From the NCBI GenBank assembly GCA_949287685.1, contig CASEHF010000002.1:1-63684 (forward strand): 63,684 nt of DNA, given 5' to 3'. The stretch comes from an uncultured Christensenella sp. Lineage in GTDB: Bacteria; Bacillota; Clostridia; Christensenellales; UBA1242. Positions 8,008 to 20,100 of the stretch are shown one piece after another. Below the pieces are notes generated by a model. That model saw only the letters and a program-made list of their open reading frames with translations, ran no database searches and was not told where the DNA came from. A program made the position numbers and the translations under genes. Within the stretch, counting starts at the first letter, position 1. The number at the start of each line of letters is the position of its first letter.

Positions 8008-9327
8008 CTACTCCCTATTCTTTTTGCGCAGGAATAGTCTAATCGGCGTTCCCTCAAAGTTGCACGCGCGCCTCAAACAGTTCTCCAAATACCGCTGATA
8101 ACTAAAATGCACGAGTTCGGGATTGTTTACAAAAATCGCAAACGATGGCGGACAAACGCCAGTTTGGGTAATGTAATTAATTTTTAGGCGCTTTCCGTTG
8201 TGTGAAGGTGGCTCCTGAGTACTCAAGGCATCCTGCAAAATCTCGTTTAGCAAGCCTGTCGTAATACGAGTAGAAGCGTTTTTGTACACATACTCCACGC
8301 GCTCCATAATGCGGTTTAATCTAGTCCCAGTGAGCGCTGACACATACTCGACTACAAAGTAATCCATAAACTTTAGGTTAGCGCGCAATAAATCTTTGTA
8401 CCTGTTTACCGTACTGCTGTCCTTTTCGACAAGGTCCCACTTGTTATACAGTATCACACTGGGCTTTCCCTGCTCGTGGACATAGCCGAGTATTCTAACA
8501 TCTTGCTCTGTAATCTCACCGCTCGCATCCAGTACATAAATAACTACATCGGCTCTACGAATGGCGGCCAAACTACGCATCACGCTAAAGCCCTCGACCG
8601 ACTCATAATCAATTTTATTCTTTCTGCGAATTCCTGCGGTGTCTATTAGGTTGTAGTTTTTACCATTGTACTTAAAGGGGATATCTATAGCATCTCGAGT
8701 AGTACCAGCGACATCGCTAACGACTACACGCTCCTCTCCTAACAACCTATTTGTAATACTGCTTTTCCCAGCATTCGGTCTGCCAACAATCGCAATATTT
8801 AGCCTATCCTCTTTTGCTAAGGCATCGACTTTAGTCTTAAAAAGCGCTACAATTTTATCTAACACATCCCCGACCCCAGTCCCGTGGGTACAACTCATCA
8901 TCATAGGCTCCCCTAGTCCTAGTTCGTAAAAAGGCATAGTGGCGGTCGTGTCATTGTTTTCAAGTTTGTTAACGGCTAGCACAATAGGTTTTTTACTCTT
9001 GCGCAAGATATCGGCGACATGCTTATCGCTATGAGTAATGCTATCTTTTCCATCGACTATCATAAGTACCACATCAGCAACATCTATGGCTAGTTGTGCC
9101 TGATATAAAATATATTGCTGCCACTCATCATCTCTACTAGGAGTTATTCCCCCAGTGTCAATTAAGGTAAACGCATACCCCGCCCAGTCTACATCAGCAT
9201 ACACGCGGTCTCGCGTAACCCCTGGGATATCCTCAACTATACTAATTCGCTTGCCTGCAACTCTGTTAAAAAAACTAGACTTGCCTACATTTGGGCGACC
9301 GACTACCGCGACAATAGGCTTGTTCAT
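8008..9327 (-). CDS. der: Ribosome-associated GTPase Der (EngA), two tandem GTPase domains plus a KH-like C-terminus
   Basis: GRPNVGKSS and GRPNAGKSS P-loops, two DTGG/DTAG motifs and NKxD boxes. Confidence 0.95.
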   Translation of the reverse strand: MNKPIVAVVGRPNVGKSSFFNRVAGKRISIVEDIPGVTRDRVYADVDWAGYAFTLIDTGGITPSRDDEWQQYILYQAQLAIDVADVVLMIVDGKDSITHSDKHVADILRKSKKPIVLAVNKLENNDTTATMPFYELGLGEPMMMSCTHGTGVGDVLDKIVALFKTKVDALAKEDRLNIAIVGRPNAGKSSITNRLLGEERVVVSDVAGTTRDAIDIPFKYNGKNYNLIDTAGIRRKNKIDYESVEGFSVMRSLAAIRRADVVIYVLDASGEITEQDVRILGYVHEQGKPSVILYNKWDLVEKDSSTVNRYKDLLRANLKFMDYFVVEYVSALTGTRLNRIMERVEYVYKNASTRITTGLLNEILQDALSTQEPPSHNGKRLKINYITQTGVCPPSFAIFVNNPELVHFSYQRYLENCLRRACNFEGTPIRLFLRKKNRE

Positions 9328-9394
9328 TTCGCACCTCTAAACTTTTTGTAAAAATTTTAGCATATTTTACAGCATTTTTCAACACTTTTTATAT

Positions 9395-11497
9395 TTATTT
9401 TGCTTTAAAATCAATTTGACAACGATTACACGACTGACAACGCGATTTTGCTAGCGAAATAATGGCAATTTCCACACAAAAAACCACCAAAATTGCAGTT
9501 AGGATTAACCAACTCATAGTAGATACGCCCACCTCTGAAACGAGCAATCCTAGATAATAACTAGCCACCCCCACTAAATATGCTAATATAAATTGTAAAG
9601 TTAAATAAACAGTAGTTATTTTTCCACCAACCGAGCCCTTTAATTGGGCAATCGCACTAATACACGGCGAGTATAAGAGGCAAAATGTAAGAAAAGCCAA
9701 CGCGCTAGCGGGGGTAAAATGTACGACACTCGCGCTATCCACAATACTCGCAGCAACACCCGCCCCCGCGACACCGTTTAGAATAGCAATACTAGACACC
9801 ACCAACTCCTTTGCAATCAATCCAAAAATCAGCGCGCACACCGCCCCAACGCCCAGACCTAATGGACTAAACAAGGGAGCAAGCATTTTTATTATACTCT
9901 CTAAGATACTAACTTCATTTTCATGCATAATAAATTTTAGCGTAAAAGTGAAATTATCTAGCACCCAAATTATAATTGTACACCCTAGCACCACAAAAAT
10001 AAGTTTACGCAAGAACTGCGAAGTATTCTGCCCAACTATTGAAAAAATTTTGCGGGCATTCGGCACTCGCAAAGGCGTAAACTCGACAATTTCCTCTTGT
10101 TTCTGCGTAGGATAAATTCGGTTTAACACTAGGGCAACAAGTAGCGCCACCACTACACCCAATAGATATAGCGAGAATATTACCAACGCATTGTTTACAC
10201 CAAAGACCGCTCCACCGATTACACTAAAAACGGGAAGTTTTGCGCTACACGACATAAAGGGAATTAATATGGCGGTCTTTATGCGAGCGCGGTCGTTTCT
10301 AATTGTAGCGGTGGTAGGAATCGCTGTAGTACTACACCCAAATCCTAAAATCAAACCAAACACACTGCGCCCAGACAGCCCAACAGAACTAAACACGGGG
10401 TCGAGCAGCCAAGACAGCCTCGAAATGTAGCCACTTTGCTCGAGCATTTCTAGAAATAAAAGCAACAATAAAATTTGCGGCAGAAAACTAAACACACTCC
10501 CTACTCCGCTAATTACCGCGTTTTCAAAAAAGCCCACTACCACCGCGGGGGCGGATAGTGTTTCAAGTAAACTCAAAGACCACCCACCTAGTATTTCTAC
10601 GACCGCGTACTCGGTAATTTCGCTTAAGTACCCGCCCAAAAAGCCAAAGGTTATATAAAACACGCCCAACATAATCACAAAAAACACGGGCAGGGCTAGA
10701 TATTTATTTAAGATAATTTTATCTAATTTACTATATCCGTATGGCGTTTTTGCGGTAGATTTTATAACACTTGCGGTAATGCTATCGATAAAATCTTGCC
10801 TAGTATTTACCACATACTCGAGTCCACCCCGTAACTCGAGATTCCTACATCGCGGCAGAATATTCAGCGGCAACTTACACGACATTCCATCTAGCGCCCC
10901 TTCGCGGATTCTTAGGGCGTTGTATTTAAGATGATTTTTATCACAGTACGGTGTAAGTAAAAAAGATATTTTATCTAAACCGAATTTCTCCACATACTTA
11001 GGCACTTTTATAGAAAGCGGAGTAGATACTATATCTAAAAAAGCAGACTGTACGCCCCTTTTATTATGAGGTAGGAGAAATACTGGCACATTGAGCGCCC
11101 GACTTAGCGCTTTAGTGTCGACACCTACCCCACACCTACTACCCGCCTCAATAAAATTTAGAGCGACCACGCATTTTAGCCCAAGTTCGAGCAGTTCGCA
11201 CACTAAACCTAAACCACGGTTTAAGTTGTTTATGTCGACAATGTTTACAAACAATGCATCGGGGTTGTTTAAAATCATTCGCGCTGTCACGCGCTCCTCG
11301 TTTGAAAACGGTACTAGACTGTATGTCCCTGGCAAATCAACTACGCTATACCTCTCGTTGTTTATGGTACATTCCTTAGTTGTAGCCGCAACAGTGACAC
11401 CGTGCCAATTCCCTGTATGCACCTTGCTATTAGTCAACATATTAAAAACGGTCGATTTGCCTGCATTTGGGTTGCCTACTAGAAAAATTTTTTTCAT
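9395..11497 (-). CDS. feoB: Ferrous iron transporter FeoB
   Basis: N-terminal G-domain (GNPNAGKST, DLPG), a polytopic membrane domain and a Cys-rich C-terminus. The start overlaps the feoA stop (ATGA). Confidence 0.9.
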   Translation of the reverse strand: MKKIFLVGNPNAGKSTVFNMLTNSKVHTGNWHGVTVAATTKECTINNERYSVVDLPGTYSLVPFSNEERVTARMILNNPDALFVNIVDINNLNRGLGLVCELLELGLKCVVALNFIEAGSRCGVGVDTKALSRALNVPVFLLPHNKRGVQSAFLDIVSTPLSIKVPKYVEKFGLDKISFLLTPYCDKNHLKYNALRIREGALDGMSCKLPLNILPRCRNLELRGGLEYVVNTRQDFIDSITASVIKSTAKTPYGYSKLDKIILNKYLALPVFFVIMLGVFYITFGFLGGYLSEITEYAVVEILGGWSLSLLETLSAPAVVVGFFENAVISGVGSVFSFLPQILLLLLFLEMLEQSGYISRLSWLLDPVFSSVGLSGRSVFGLILGFGCSTTAIPTTATIRNDRARIKTAILIPFMSCSAKLPVFSVIGGAVFGVNNALVIFSLYLLGVVVALLVALVLNRIYPTQKQEEIVEFTPLRVPNARKIFSIVGQNTSQFLRKLIFVVLGCTIIIWVLDNFTFTLKFIMHENEVSILESIIKMLAPLFSPLGLGVGAVCALIFGLIAKELVVSSIAILNGVAGAGVAASIVDSASVVHFTPASALAFLTFCLLYSPCISAIAQLKGSVGGKITTVYLTLQFILAYLVGVASYYLGLLVSEVGVSTMSWLILTAILVVFCVEIAIISLAKSRCQSCNRCQIDFKAK

Positions 11498-11733
11498 TTT
11501 TCCACCACTATTTTTTCGGCAATCTCTTTATTTATTCCCAGCATTACCCCGCGGACAAAATAAATACCGCGCCCTTTGACTTTTATTGTAGTCCCAATCA
11601 CCAACCCATATGAATAAACACGCCTCCGAAAATACAGCGGCGCATCAATAGACTTTATAGTCACTTCACCCGTTTTTACGCTACATAATTTCATACCTAT
11701 ATATATGTCTTGACAAAAATAAATATTTATCAA
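11494..11733 (-). CDS. feoA: FeoA-like small SH3-fold protein (start uncertain; MKLCSVKTGE at 11694 is plausible)
   Basis: Position immediately upstream of and overlapping feoB. Contains a G..V.I..I......RR....GL..G..I pattern. Confidence 0.65.
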   Translation of the reverse strand: MINIYFCQDIYIGMKLCSVKTGEVTIKSIDAPLYFRRRVYSYGLVIGTTIKVKGRGIYFVRGVMLGINKEIAEKIVVEK

Positions 11734-11828
11734 AACTAGGTATTGTCCTCAATTAATAAAGCCATAGGACTACCCTACCTAAAAGCCTCACTTTTAGTAG
11801 TGTCACATCCTACGGCCTTAACAAAGGG

Positions 11829-12278
11829 CTACTCGCCCTCATCGTTTTTATTTAATTCCTCTTCCTCAAAAAATTCTAGTCTTTTCTTTAAAATATCAAA
11901 TATACGCAGTCTTTCCTCTTTGGTCAGTTCATTAAAATCCTCTACTCCGTATTTTTCGCAATTCTTATCCAATACGATACCACAAAACGGGTCAAAGAAA
12001 TACGGATAAAGATTACACACATCGGGTTTTACATCGTATATGGCACATTTACCATTTGTAAATGCCTTACACGAGTTGTCTGGATTGAGCGCTATGTAAC
12101 TTTTACCATCTCGGTGTTCAATAAAATCTTTGCCACCATATTCGACAATTCTATCTACTTCCTCTTGAGATAACAGCAGTTGACAAAATAAATCTGGTTT
12201 TGGATATTTAAAACTTTCCTTTAGACCTAAAAATTTGCTTCCGCAACACTTATTCTTACAATCTTTACATTTATTCAT
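11829..12278 (-). CDS. YkgJ-family Cys-cluster (CxxCxxCC) zinc/iron-chelating protein
   Basis: N-terminal CKDCKNKCCG motif with further conserved Cys residues. AAAGGATG RBS. Confidence 0.6.
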   Translation of the reverse strand: MNKCKDCKNKCCGSKFLGLKESFKYPKPDLFCQLLLSQEEVDRIVEYGGKDFIEHRDGKSYIALNPDNSCKAFTNGKCAIYDVKPDVCNLYPYFFDPFCGIVLDKNCEKYGVEDFNELTKEERLRIFDILKKRLEFFEEEELNKNDEGE

Positions 12279-12466
12279 AATGACATCCTTTAATGATTAA
12301 AAGTCGCGGCAATACCACAACCTTTAGTATCTTATTTATGATAAAATTCTACCAAAAGTGTACAACATCTAGGGTAAAATACACTTATTAATTTTAAAAT
12401 TAAATTATGTTAATTGCAATCACACTTTAAAAGCGCATAACCTTTCATTACCATAATTTTATTTTA

Positions 12467-12940
12467 CTAATCTTTTTGATTTTTCTCAATATCTTTTTTA
12501 AAGTCGTTAAGCAAATCAATAAAATTAGACACATCTTTAAACTGGCGATAAACTGAGGCAAAGCGAATATACGCCACCTCATCAACTCCCTTAATCGCAC
12601 TCATCACCAATTCCCCAATCTCGCTCGATTTAATTTCGGGCTCGAGGCGATTATTAACTTCTTTTTCAATTTCTGTCACCATTGTCTCAATTTGAGCAAA
12701 AGTAACGGGGCGCTTTTCACACGCCTTTATTATACCCTTTCTAATTTTTTCACGGTCAAAGGGCTGGCGATCACCGTTAGTTTTTACGACCAGCACAGGG
12801 ATAGTTTCGTACTCCTCAAAGGTCGTAAAACGCCTACCGCAGTTCATACATTCACGCCTACGGCGCACGCTAGTCGAATCCTCATTAGTGCGCGAATCAA
12901 TAACCTTACTCTCGGTACATCCACAGAATTTACATTTCAT
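12467..12940 (-). CDS. nrdR: Transcriptional repressor NrdR
   Basis: MKCKFCGC....VIDSR......[17 protein letters not shown] zinc ribbon plus an ATP-cone. The start is set at ATG 12940 (GGAGA RBS 5 nt upstream). Confidence 0.93.
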   Translation of the reverse strand: MKCKFCGCTESKVIDSRTNEDSTSVRRRRECMNCGRRFTTFEEYETIPVLVVKTNGDRQPFDREKIRKGIIKACEKRPVTFAQIETMVTEIEKEVNNRLEPEIKSSEIGELVMSAIKGVDEVAYIRFASVYRQFKDVSNFIDLLNDFKKDIEKNQKD

Positions 12941-13001
12941 ATTTTTCTCCAAAAAGTGTAATATAGTGATTAAAATTTGCTACTTACTTGCATTTTTTTT
13001 G

Positions 13002-15026
13002 CTATTTAATCACATTTTTTAATACATAAAGTTTATTTATTGCACGAGTACAAGCGATAAATTCGAGATTTTTCCCGAGAGGACTAGAGTATAATCCGCC
13101 ATTATTTACCACGATTACGGTATTGAATTCCAAACCTTTTGAGAGTAGCACGGGCATAACCTGAATCTGCTCGAATGCCTCGGTGCGCGCGGAATCAATT
13201 AGACACACTTTGTCTGTTACATTCTTAATTTCCGCCACAATTTCTCGTGCTGATTCGACATCTCCAGTAATTACCCCAATTGTACCGCTTAAGGTAAGTT
13301 CACTCTCTAAAATTGATAAAATTTGGCTAGCCACCATTTTATTATCCCCTGCAATTTGCTTTTCAACAACGGGACTGTTATTTAGCATACGAAAGGCGTT
13401 GTGGCGTGGATTACCTATTATGCGCGAACTATATTCCACGATTTCCTCGCTGCTGCGGTATGTGTTATCAAGAGTGTAAACAACCCCTTCACCGAAATAC
13501 GCGTGCAAATCAAGTATTCGATTTAAGTCACCAATCCCTAGCGGGTTTGTCTGCTGATATTTGTCGCCGAAAATACTAAATTGTGCCCGCGGGAAAAGAT
13601 GCAGAATAAAATCTAGAAACAATGCAGGATACTCCTGCGCCTCATCAATGATTATGTGGCGAATATCCATTTTTACGACCATATTTTCGAGATTATACTT
13701 TAGTACGCACATCAATATAGCATCCTCTATTTTTACCACCTCTAAATTGGGCGCAGGCAGTTCTATACTCTCACAAAAATCGGTATAAATGCTCTCAATA
13801 TTTGTCTTAGCGCCAAAACAATCGAGTACGCGCTTTAAGATTACCACAAGGGCTTGGTTATCGTGAGCGCGCTTTATCTTTTTGGCTATATATTTAGCAA
13901 TTTCCCCTAACCTATTTAGATATGGCAGGTCGCAAAAATCGTGATTAAACAATCTATTTAAAAGTGCCGCGCTAAACGGCTCACCTTGCACACGAAAGCC
14001 CTTTGTAGCGGCGGTGTTATCCACCAAATTTTTAACAAATTCAGTGACTTTTTCCTTGATACTCAAATCCAACTTTTTATTGACAACTTCGCGCTCCGCC
14101 TCATTGAGCCCTAAGTATCTAGTCAAAAACATATCGCTTTCCTCAAAGTGTTTCGGTAATTTAAGTAATCGCCCAGCAAAGCGTGCTAATGTGGCGCTGC
14201 GAGTATTTTGCTCACCAAGTTCGGGTAGCACCCCTTCAATATGGGACATAAATGCTTCATTTAGCGTAAAAATCAAGAAATTTGCGGAATTTAAGTCCTT
14301 TATTCTATATAGAGCGTAGGCAATTCTGTGAAGCGCTACCGTAGTTTTACCCGAGCCGGCGTACCCTTGGACAATCACGAGGTCGTGCATTAAGTCGCGA
14401 ATAATCGCATTCTGCTCGGACTGAATCGTACTAGCGATGTTATGCAGTCTATCCGTGCTAATATGCCCCAGCACTTTTTGGAGGTACTCATCATATAGAT
14501 TTAAATCCTTATCGTACATATCAATAAGTTTGCCATTTTCAATCTCGTATTGGCGTTTTAGAGTGATTTCGCCTTGTACCACTCCCTCGGGCGAGCGAAA
14601 ACTGGCTTTACCCAGTCCGCAGTCATAGAACAACTCACAAATGGGCGCGCGCCAGTCGTACACATAATAACGATTGTTTTTTTCAATTCCCATTAGACCA
14701 ATGTAGAAGTCATCCACATCACGCCCTTCAAACCGAACTCTGCCAAAATACGGCTTTAGTCGGTTGCGTTTTAGTCGCTCGATTTTATCTATATTTTGGT
14801 TGCCAATGTCGACTAAGTTGTCTATGCGCTCGTTGATACTCACTCGCTCTTGCGGGTCGATATCTCCAAAAATCTGCGTACCATGGATATAGTACTCGCG
14901 GAGTTCTTTCACAAAATTTTTTGTCTCCTCGACATCGCCACCCAATCTATTAATCTCGCTATCGATAACCTCAATGGTCTCATTTAAATGAGCGACCTCT
15001 ATGTTCCATTCTTTACTATCTTTCAT
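13002..15026 (-). CDS. helD: HelD-type UvrD-like helicase (RNA polymerase-associated helicase IV family)
   Basis: VQGYAGSGKTTVALHRIAYALY Walker A, IIIDEAQE Walker B, a C-terminal helicase core and an N-terminal coiled segment typical of HelD. Confidence 0.75.
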   Translation of the reverse strand: MKDSKEWNIEVAHLNETIEVIDSEINRLGGDVEETKNFVKELREYYIHGTQIFGDIDPQERVSINERIDNLVDIGNQNIDKIERLKRNRLKPYFGRVRFEGRDVDDFYIGLMGIEKNNRYYVYDWRAPICELFYDCGLGKASFRSPEGVVQGEITLKRQYEIENGKLIDMYDKDLNLYDEYLQKVLGHISTDRLHNIASTIQSEQNAIIRDLMHDLVIVQGYAGSGKTTVALHRIAYALYRIKDLNSANFLIFTLNEAFMSHIEGVLPELGEQNTRSATLARFAGRLLKLPKHFEESDMFLTRYLGLNEAEREVVNKKLDLSIKEKVTEFVKNLVDNTAATKGFRVQGEPFSAALLNRLFNHDFCDLPYLNRLGEIAKYIAKKIKRAHDNQALVVILKRVLDCFGAKTNIESIYTDFCESIELPAPNLEVVKIEDAILMCVLKYNLENMVVKMDIRHIIIDEAQEYPALFLDFILHLFPRAQFSIFGDKYQQTNPLGIGDLNRILDLHAYFGEGVVYTLDNTYRSSEEIVEYSSRIIGNPRHNAFRMLNNSPVVEKQIAGDNKMVASQILSILESELTLSGTIGVITGDVESAREIVAEIKNVTDKVCLIDSARTEAFEQIQVMPVLLSKGLEFNTVIVVNNGGLYSSPLGKNLEFIACTRAINKLYVLKNVIK

Positions 15027-15047
15027 AAGTTTTCCACCTTTTTGTTA

Positions 15048-15076
15048 AACATACCATATATTTATATATTTGTCAA
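15048..15076 (-). promoter_or_regulatory. Candidate sigma-A promoter for helD (TTGACA-17-TATGTT)
   Basis: On the minus strand, TTGACA lies at 15076-15071 and TATGTT at 15053-15048, with a 17-nt spacer, about 20 nt upstream of the GGTGGA RBS. Confidence 0.4.
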
Positions 15077-15226
15077 ACAAAGCAAGGCACAACAAAAAAA
15101 CAAGGCTAATAACCTCGCTCAAATTTGATAAAAACACAAAAAATGCGTGATTTTTTATGAATTTTAAGCATTTTTAAATGTTTTTTAAGCCTATTTGTAA
15201 CTTTTATAAGGCGTTTTTTAATATCT

Positions 15227-16075
15227 TTACTTTTGATAATATAGTATACCAATTGTGTTTGGACCGCAGTGTGTACCTACCGTGCACCCAGCCTCAGTCT
15301 CAATAATTTCATCGAACTTGTCCTTAATTTGCTCGCGAATACTATCCACCACCGCACTATCAACTGGCGTATGCGTAATAAAGCAGCGCTTTCTGTCGAT
15401 GTCTGCATAGTTAGATAATATATAGTTTACATATTTTGTAACCACTTTGTCGAAGTTACCCATTAACTTGTTAGCAACTTTCATTTCGCCATCGCGTAAA
15501 ACGATAATAGGTTTTATTTTTAAAATACTAGCACTGATTTTAGCAACACCAGAGCACCTACCACCCTTGTGCAAATATGTGAGTTTGTCAATTACGAAAC
15601 TTGCCTGCACGCGGTCACGGCGAGCAATTACCTTTTCAAAAACCTCTTTAGCACTAAGTCCCGATTCTACCAAATCGTGAGCATATAGCATCTGCATCCC
15701 GACCCCAGTAGACAGAGACATCGAATCGACTACAAACACTTTGTCCTCAAACTCTTGCGCAGCAATGCACGAGTTTTGATACAAAACACTGAGTTTTGAG
15801 GAAATCGTAAAGTGAATTATAGCATCGTAACCACCATCACTTTTCAACTGTTCCTCAAAAAATTCAGTAGCCTCGGCAGGATTGTATGCCGAAGTGCGCG
15901 GCAAAACGGGGTTTTCCTTTAAAAATTTGTAAAACTCATCTTGCGAAATGTCGCGAGCATCGTTATATTCCTTTTCTCCTAGAAAAATGTGTACGGGCAA
16001 AATAGAAAAATTATATTTCTTTATCAAATCAGCACCGAGGTCACAACTCGAATCTGCAGTAATTTTTATTTTCAT
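15227..16075 (-). CDS. DegV-family fatty-acid-binding protein
   Basis: MKIKITADSSCDL start (AGGAG RBS) and family-typical length and motifs (HTP.., GP...G). Confidence 0.85.
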   Translation of the reverse strand: MKIKITADSSCDLGADLIKKYNFSILPVHIFLGEKEYNDARDISQDEFYKFLKENPVLPRTSAYNPAEATEFFEEQLKSDGGYDAIIHFTISSKLSVLYQNSCIAAQEFEDKVFVVDSMSLSTGVGMQMLYAHDLVESGLSAKEVFEKVIARRDRVQASFVIDKLTYLHKGGRCSGVAKISASILKIKPIIVLRDGEMKVANKLMGNFDKVVTKYVNYILSNYADIDRKRCFITHTPVDSAVVDSIREQIKDKFDEIIETEAGCTVGTHCGPNTIGILYYQK

Positions 16076-16221
16076 ACTCACTCCTAACAATTTTATAGTT
16101 TCATTATACCGAAAAATCTAAAAAAAATCAAATAAATACTTAAAAAACTAAAAATAATACAAAAATGATTAAATTGTTTAATACAGGTAAGGTATTGGAT
16201 TACTCATAAAACTATTAATTT

Positions 16222-16935
16222 GCTGGTCATCCTGAGTGTAGACCCGAAAAGTGTAGTTAGTTGTATATTCCGCTGTAATAAAAGTACTGTCATCCTGAGC
16301 CCTGCTTACAGCGCCTTTAGACAAAGGATCTATTCCTCTTAAAAATACTTAGGCTATAACTTAAAAAATAAGAGGATGGTACTGGGCTGGCGCGAGAGTA
16401 TACTTTTTTCATTGTAGTAGTCATTTACGCGCCAGACTTCCCGCAAGCGGGAAGGCATCCTGAGCCTCGACCCGCAGCGCTTTTCGTAACTTAGCATAGA
16501 GTGAAAGGTACCATTAGGAACACCTAGCAATACGCTGCCCGAAGGATCTCAATCTCATCCGCTTAAACAGTCACCCAAACAGTATGAAGCGGAATAGATT
16601 CTTCGTCTCAGGCTCCGTAAGCAGGGCTCAGAATGACAGTAATTTTATTGGTTAAGCGAATAAATGACTATCCACTCTAAATCCAACTCGTGAAGTGTAG
16701 ATAGTCGACCTCGCGCAAGCGCCTAAAACTAGGGGCATCCTGAGTGTCGACCCTCGAAGCCTTTAGTCGAAGGATCTATTCCGCCTAAAAATTCCAAACT
16801 AACTGTAGACAACATTAAGAGCGAATAGCCTTATTTAATATGTATATATTGCGTGTGCGGCTTCGCACCGCCTTCGCACTGCGCCCACGCACCGCATCTA
16901 TTCCTCTTAAAACAACTCCAAACAACTCACAAGCA
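16222..16935. repeat. Family-1 mosaic repeat, locus B (units in both orientations)
   Basis: Reverse-oriented anchors lie at 16326-16340, 16775-16790 and 16896-16910, and a forward anchor at 16587. A reverse-complement M unit spans 16370-16480 (GCGCCAGACTTCCCGCAAGCGGGAAGGCATCCTGAGCCTCGACCCGC). A reverse-complement left module lies at 16790-16935. Confidence 0.85.
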
Positions 16936-17159
16936 ATCATTTAAAGTGGCAATATAGGACTATATTTGGGGTAATTGGTAAATTGTTTTTAGGTGGATAT
17001 GTGGGACCATATTCGGTTAATTTTGGGGGATTTTGGCGGAATTTCGGGATTTTTGTAGGTTTTAGTCTGTTTTTTTATTAAATACATCTTTTCAAACTCC
17101 CCTGCTTTTTATATAATACTCCAAAAATGGGTGGTATTAATATTGTAAGAGGGATAACT

Positions 17160-20100
17160 ATGAAAAACTCCACCCAACACTTTCAATCAAGTAATCAATT
17201 AGGTGCTCAATCAAACACTAACTTAAGCACCAACTCAAGCGCTCAACCAGACACTAACTTAAGCACTCAGCTTAGTGTTCTGCTAGATACCACACAAAGC
17301 AGCAAACTAAGCACTCAACTTAGCGCTCAACTAAACACTAACCTAGACACTCAATCAAATACTCCATTAAATACCCAACCAGACACTAACCCAACCGCTC
17401 AGCCAAGCACCCAACCACACACTTATTTTAACCCCTGTTATGTATCTCAAAAGTCTATAGATTCTGGAGCCTATACTCAAAGTATTAGTGCTAATACACT
17501 GCTAACTAAAGCACAAAATGCCAGCAAGGCACCTAGCATACTATATACTCGTAACACACGGGCTGGTATGCAAGTTGGGCATACTATTAGCAAAATAAAG
17601 CCCGTACTTATGTTGGGTTTTATGTTATTTGTATTGTTTTTGTTTGGGGGTGTTTTATTTTTATATAATCTAACATACAGCACTCAAGCATACACTAGCG
17701 CCCTTAATTTAAACGATACCACCCTAGCAAATATTTCTAGTACCAGCACGCAGGCAACTAACACTGTTCTATTAAACACCAGCACTGTACCCATTAGTAC
17801 TGAAGCAGGTCTTATCTCTTTTGCTAATAGGGTTAATGCGGGCGAGGTTTCCCTATCCGCCACACTCGAGGCAGACATACATCTCTCCTCTCCTTGGGTA
17901 GGTATTGGAACTAACTCAAACCGTTATGCTGGCACTTTTAACGGTAACGGGCATAGCATAACTGGTTGTATGGAAACAGGCTCTAACTATAACGGACTTT
18001 TTGGTGTGTTAGACAGTACTGCAAGCATTCAAAACCTCGAGGTTATTAACGCTATTTCGGGTAACAACCAAGAATTAGGCACTCGTATAGGAGGGCTAGC
18101 GGGAACGGCGTTTGGTGGTACTATTTCAAACTGTTCGATAACTCTTGAGTTATCTGGAGACTTTTCGGATAAGTCTAGGTACTTTGGAGGGGTGGCTGGA
18201 CAGAACCGCAGCAGTCTCGATACCCCGCTAACAATACAATCTAGTGCTGTATACATAAGTGGTGTATACTCCCTAGGTGGAGGGTACATAGCCCCTATTT
18301 CACCACACGGAAAGTACTGCAATGTGTACACCTCGGTACTATACGCTCCTAGTACTATTCCCGCAAGCACATACAACACGCCTATGCTGAATAACTCCTT
18401 TTATCTAGAGTGCACAGACACAGAGGATTTAACAGATGTATTAGGCACAACCTTTGTATACTGCCCTATATGCTTGCGTATGGAATTAGACTTATTTCGT
18501 TGCCAAAGCACTCCACCCTCGCCTATTGTGCTCTCGGTTAGTCTCGCCAAGGACTCATACACATACTCTACCGCAACCCCCGCTCTTGAGTTTGCCCCGC
18601 TAGACACTGGCACTGATGAGGTGTATATTGAGTACGAGGTTTCGGGGTGGACAGTTGGTACACAAACCGCGTACTTAAGTCTTGTGGGCAAGGATAAAGA
18701 CAAGTACACTCTAGAGAATAGCACCTTGTCTTTTTATATCACGCCGCTAGTGCTAGACATAGACATAAGTGCGCAATCTAGCGTATACGGTGAACCGCTA
18801 AAAGACATAGTATACACACTCAGTCCTGCCTGTGATGTATCTATTTCGTTTTCGTTGGTTGGAGATACCACCACTTTACCCAATGCAGGGACTTATAGTA
18901 TTGTACCCGAGGTCCTGGATTCAAACTATACCTTAAACTATACCGAAAGCTCATACACCATACTAAAGAAAGAAGTATCCCTTGTCTGGGACACTCAAAA
19001 ACTCTATTTTAACAACACTCCCCAGCACCCTAGCGCGTATATTTCAAATCTAGACTATACTCCCATAGAATTAAGTTATCTAGGTGGTGGGGTGAATGCT
19101 GGAGAGCATACGATAAAAGCAGTCCTTAGTGATGCTAACCTAGTTATACTCAACGATACACACACATACACAATATACCCCTATACCCTAGACATATCGT
19201 GGGAAAATACCGTACATACATTCAACAACGCTCCATTTGTACCAACACTTAGGTATACGCTCCCCTTTGAGTATAACCTAAGTATACAATCACTAGGGGC
19301 ACAAACTTATGCAGGGACATACACGGCAATATCTAGCACACAAGATAAAAACATAACTATTCTCAATCCTGAGTGCCAGTTTGAGATTAAACCGTATCCT
19401 CTAACCATTACTTGGGGCACAAGCATACACACATTCAACAATACTCCGTTTATCCCTAGCATTGAGTATAGTCTTCCCTTTTCGTATGCACTTGATATAG
19501 AACTGTCTAGCCCGCAGGTTAATACTGGTGTGTATACAGCACGGGCAAGTGTACAAGACAAAAACATACTCATAGAAAACCCTAGCATAGAGTATGAGAT
19601 TAAACCGTACGCAATAACTCTTGTCTGGGGAGAGTGTGTGCATACATTCGATAACACTCCCTTTAGTCCAGCATATACCTATACCCTGCCATTTGAGTAT
19701 ACACCAAATATACAAGCCCCCACTAAAGAAACAAACACGGGTACATACCTAGGTATAGCCTCCAGCCTAAACAAAAACATAACTATACTCAACCCCGAGA
19801 TAGAGTACACAATTATAGCATATAACCTAGACATATCTTGGGAGAGTACGGTACATACTTTTGATAACACTCTATACTTTCCAGCGTATGAGTATACTAT
19901 ACCTTTTCAGTACACTTTGAACCTAATGGAGACTGGTACAGAGATAAACGCAGGCACCTATACCGCTACACTCTCTAGCCTAGACAAAAACATAACCCTA
20001 AACAATAGCAGTACAGAGTACACCATTAAACAAAGAGAAGTATACTTAACTTGGGAGAGTACAAAATACCTATACACTGGGTATATAATACGACCAGAGT

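Noticed and set aside
11695-11740. A Fur-box-like AT-rich sequence (TTGATAAATATTTATT on the minus strand) ahead of feoA
   Set aside because: It shows only partial resemblance to the Fur consensus, in an AT-rich context. It is noted only as weak support for the later feoA start and is not reported as a site.
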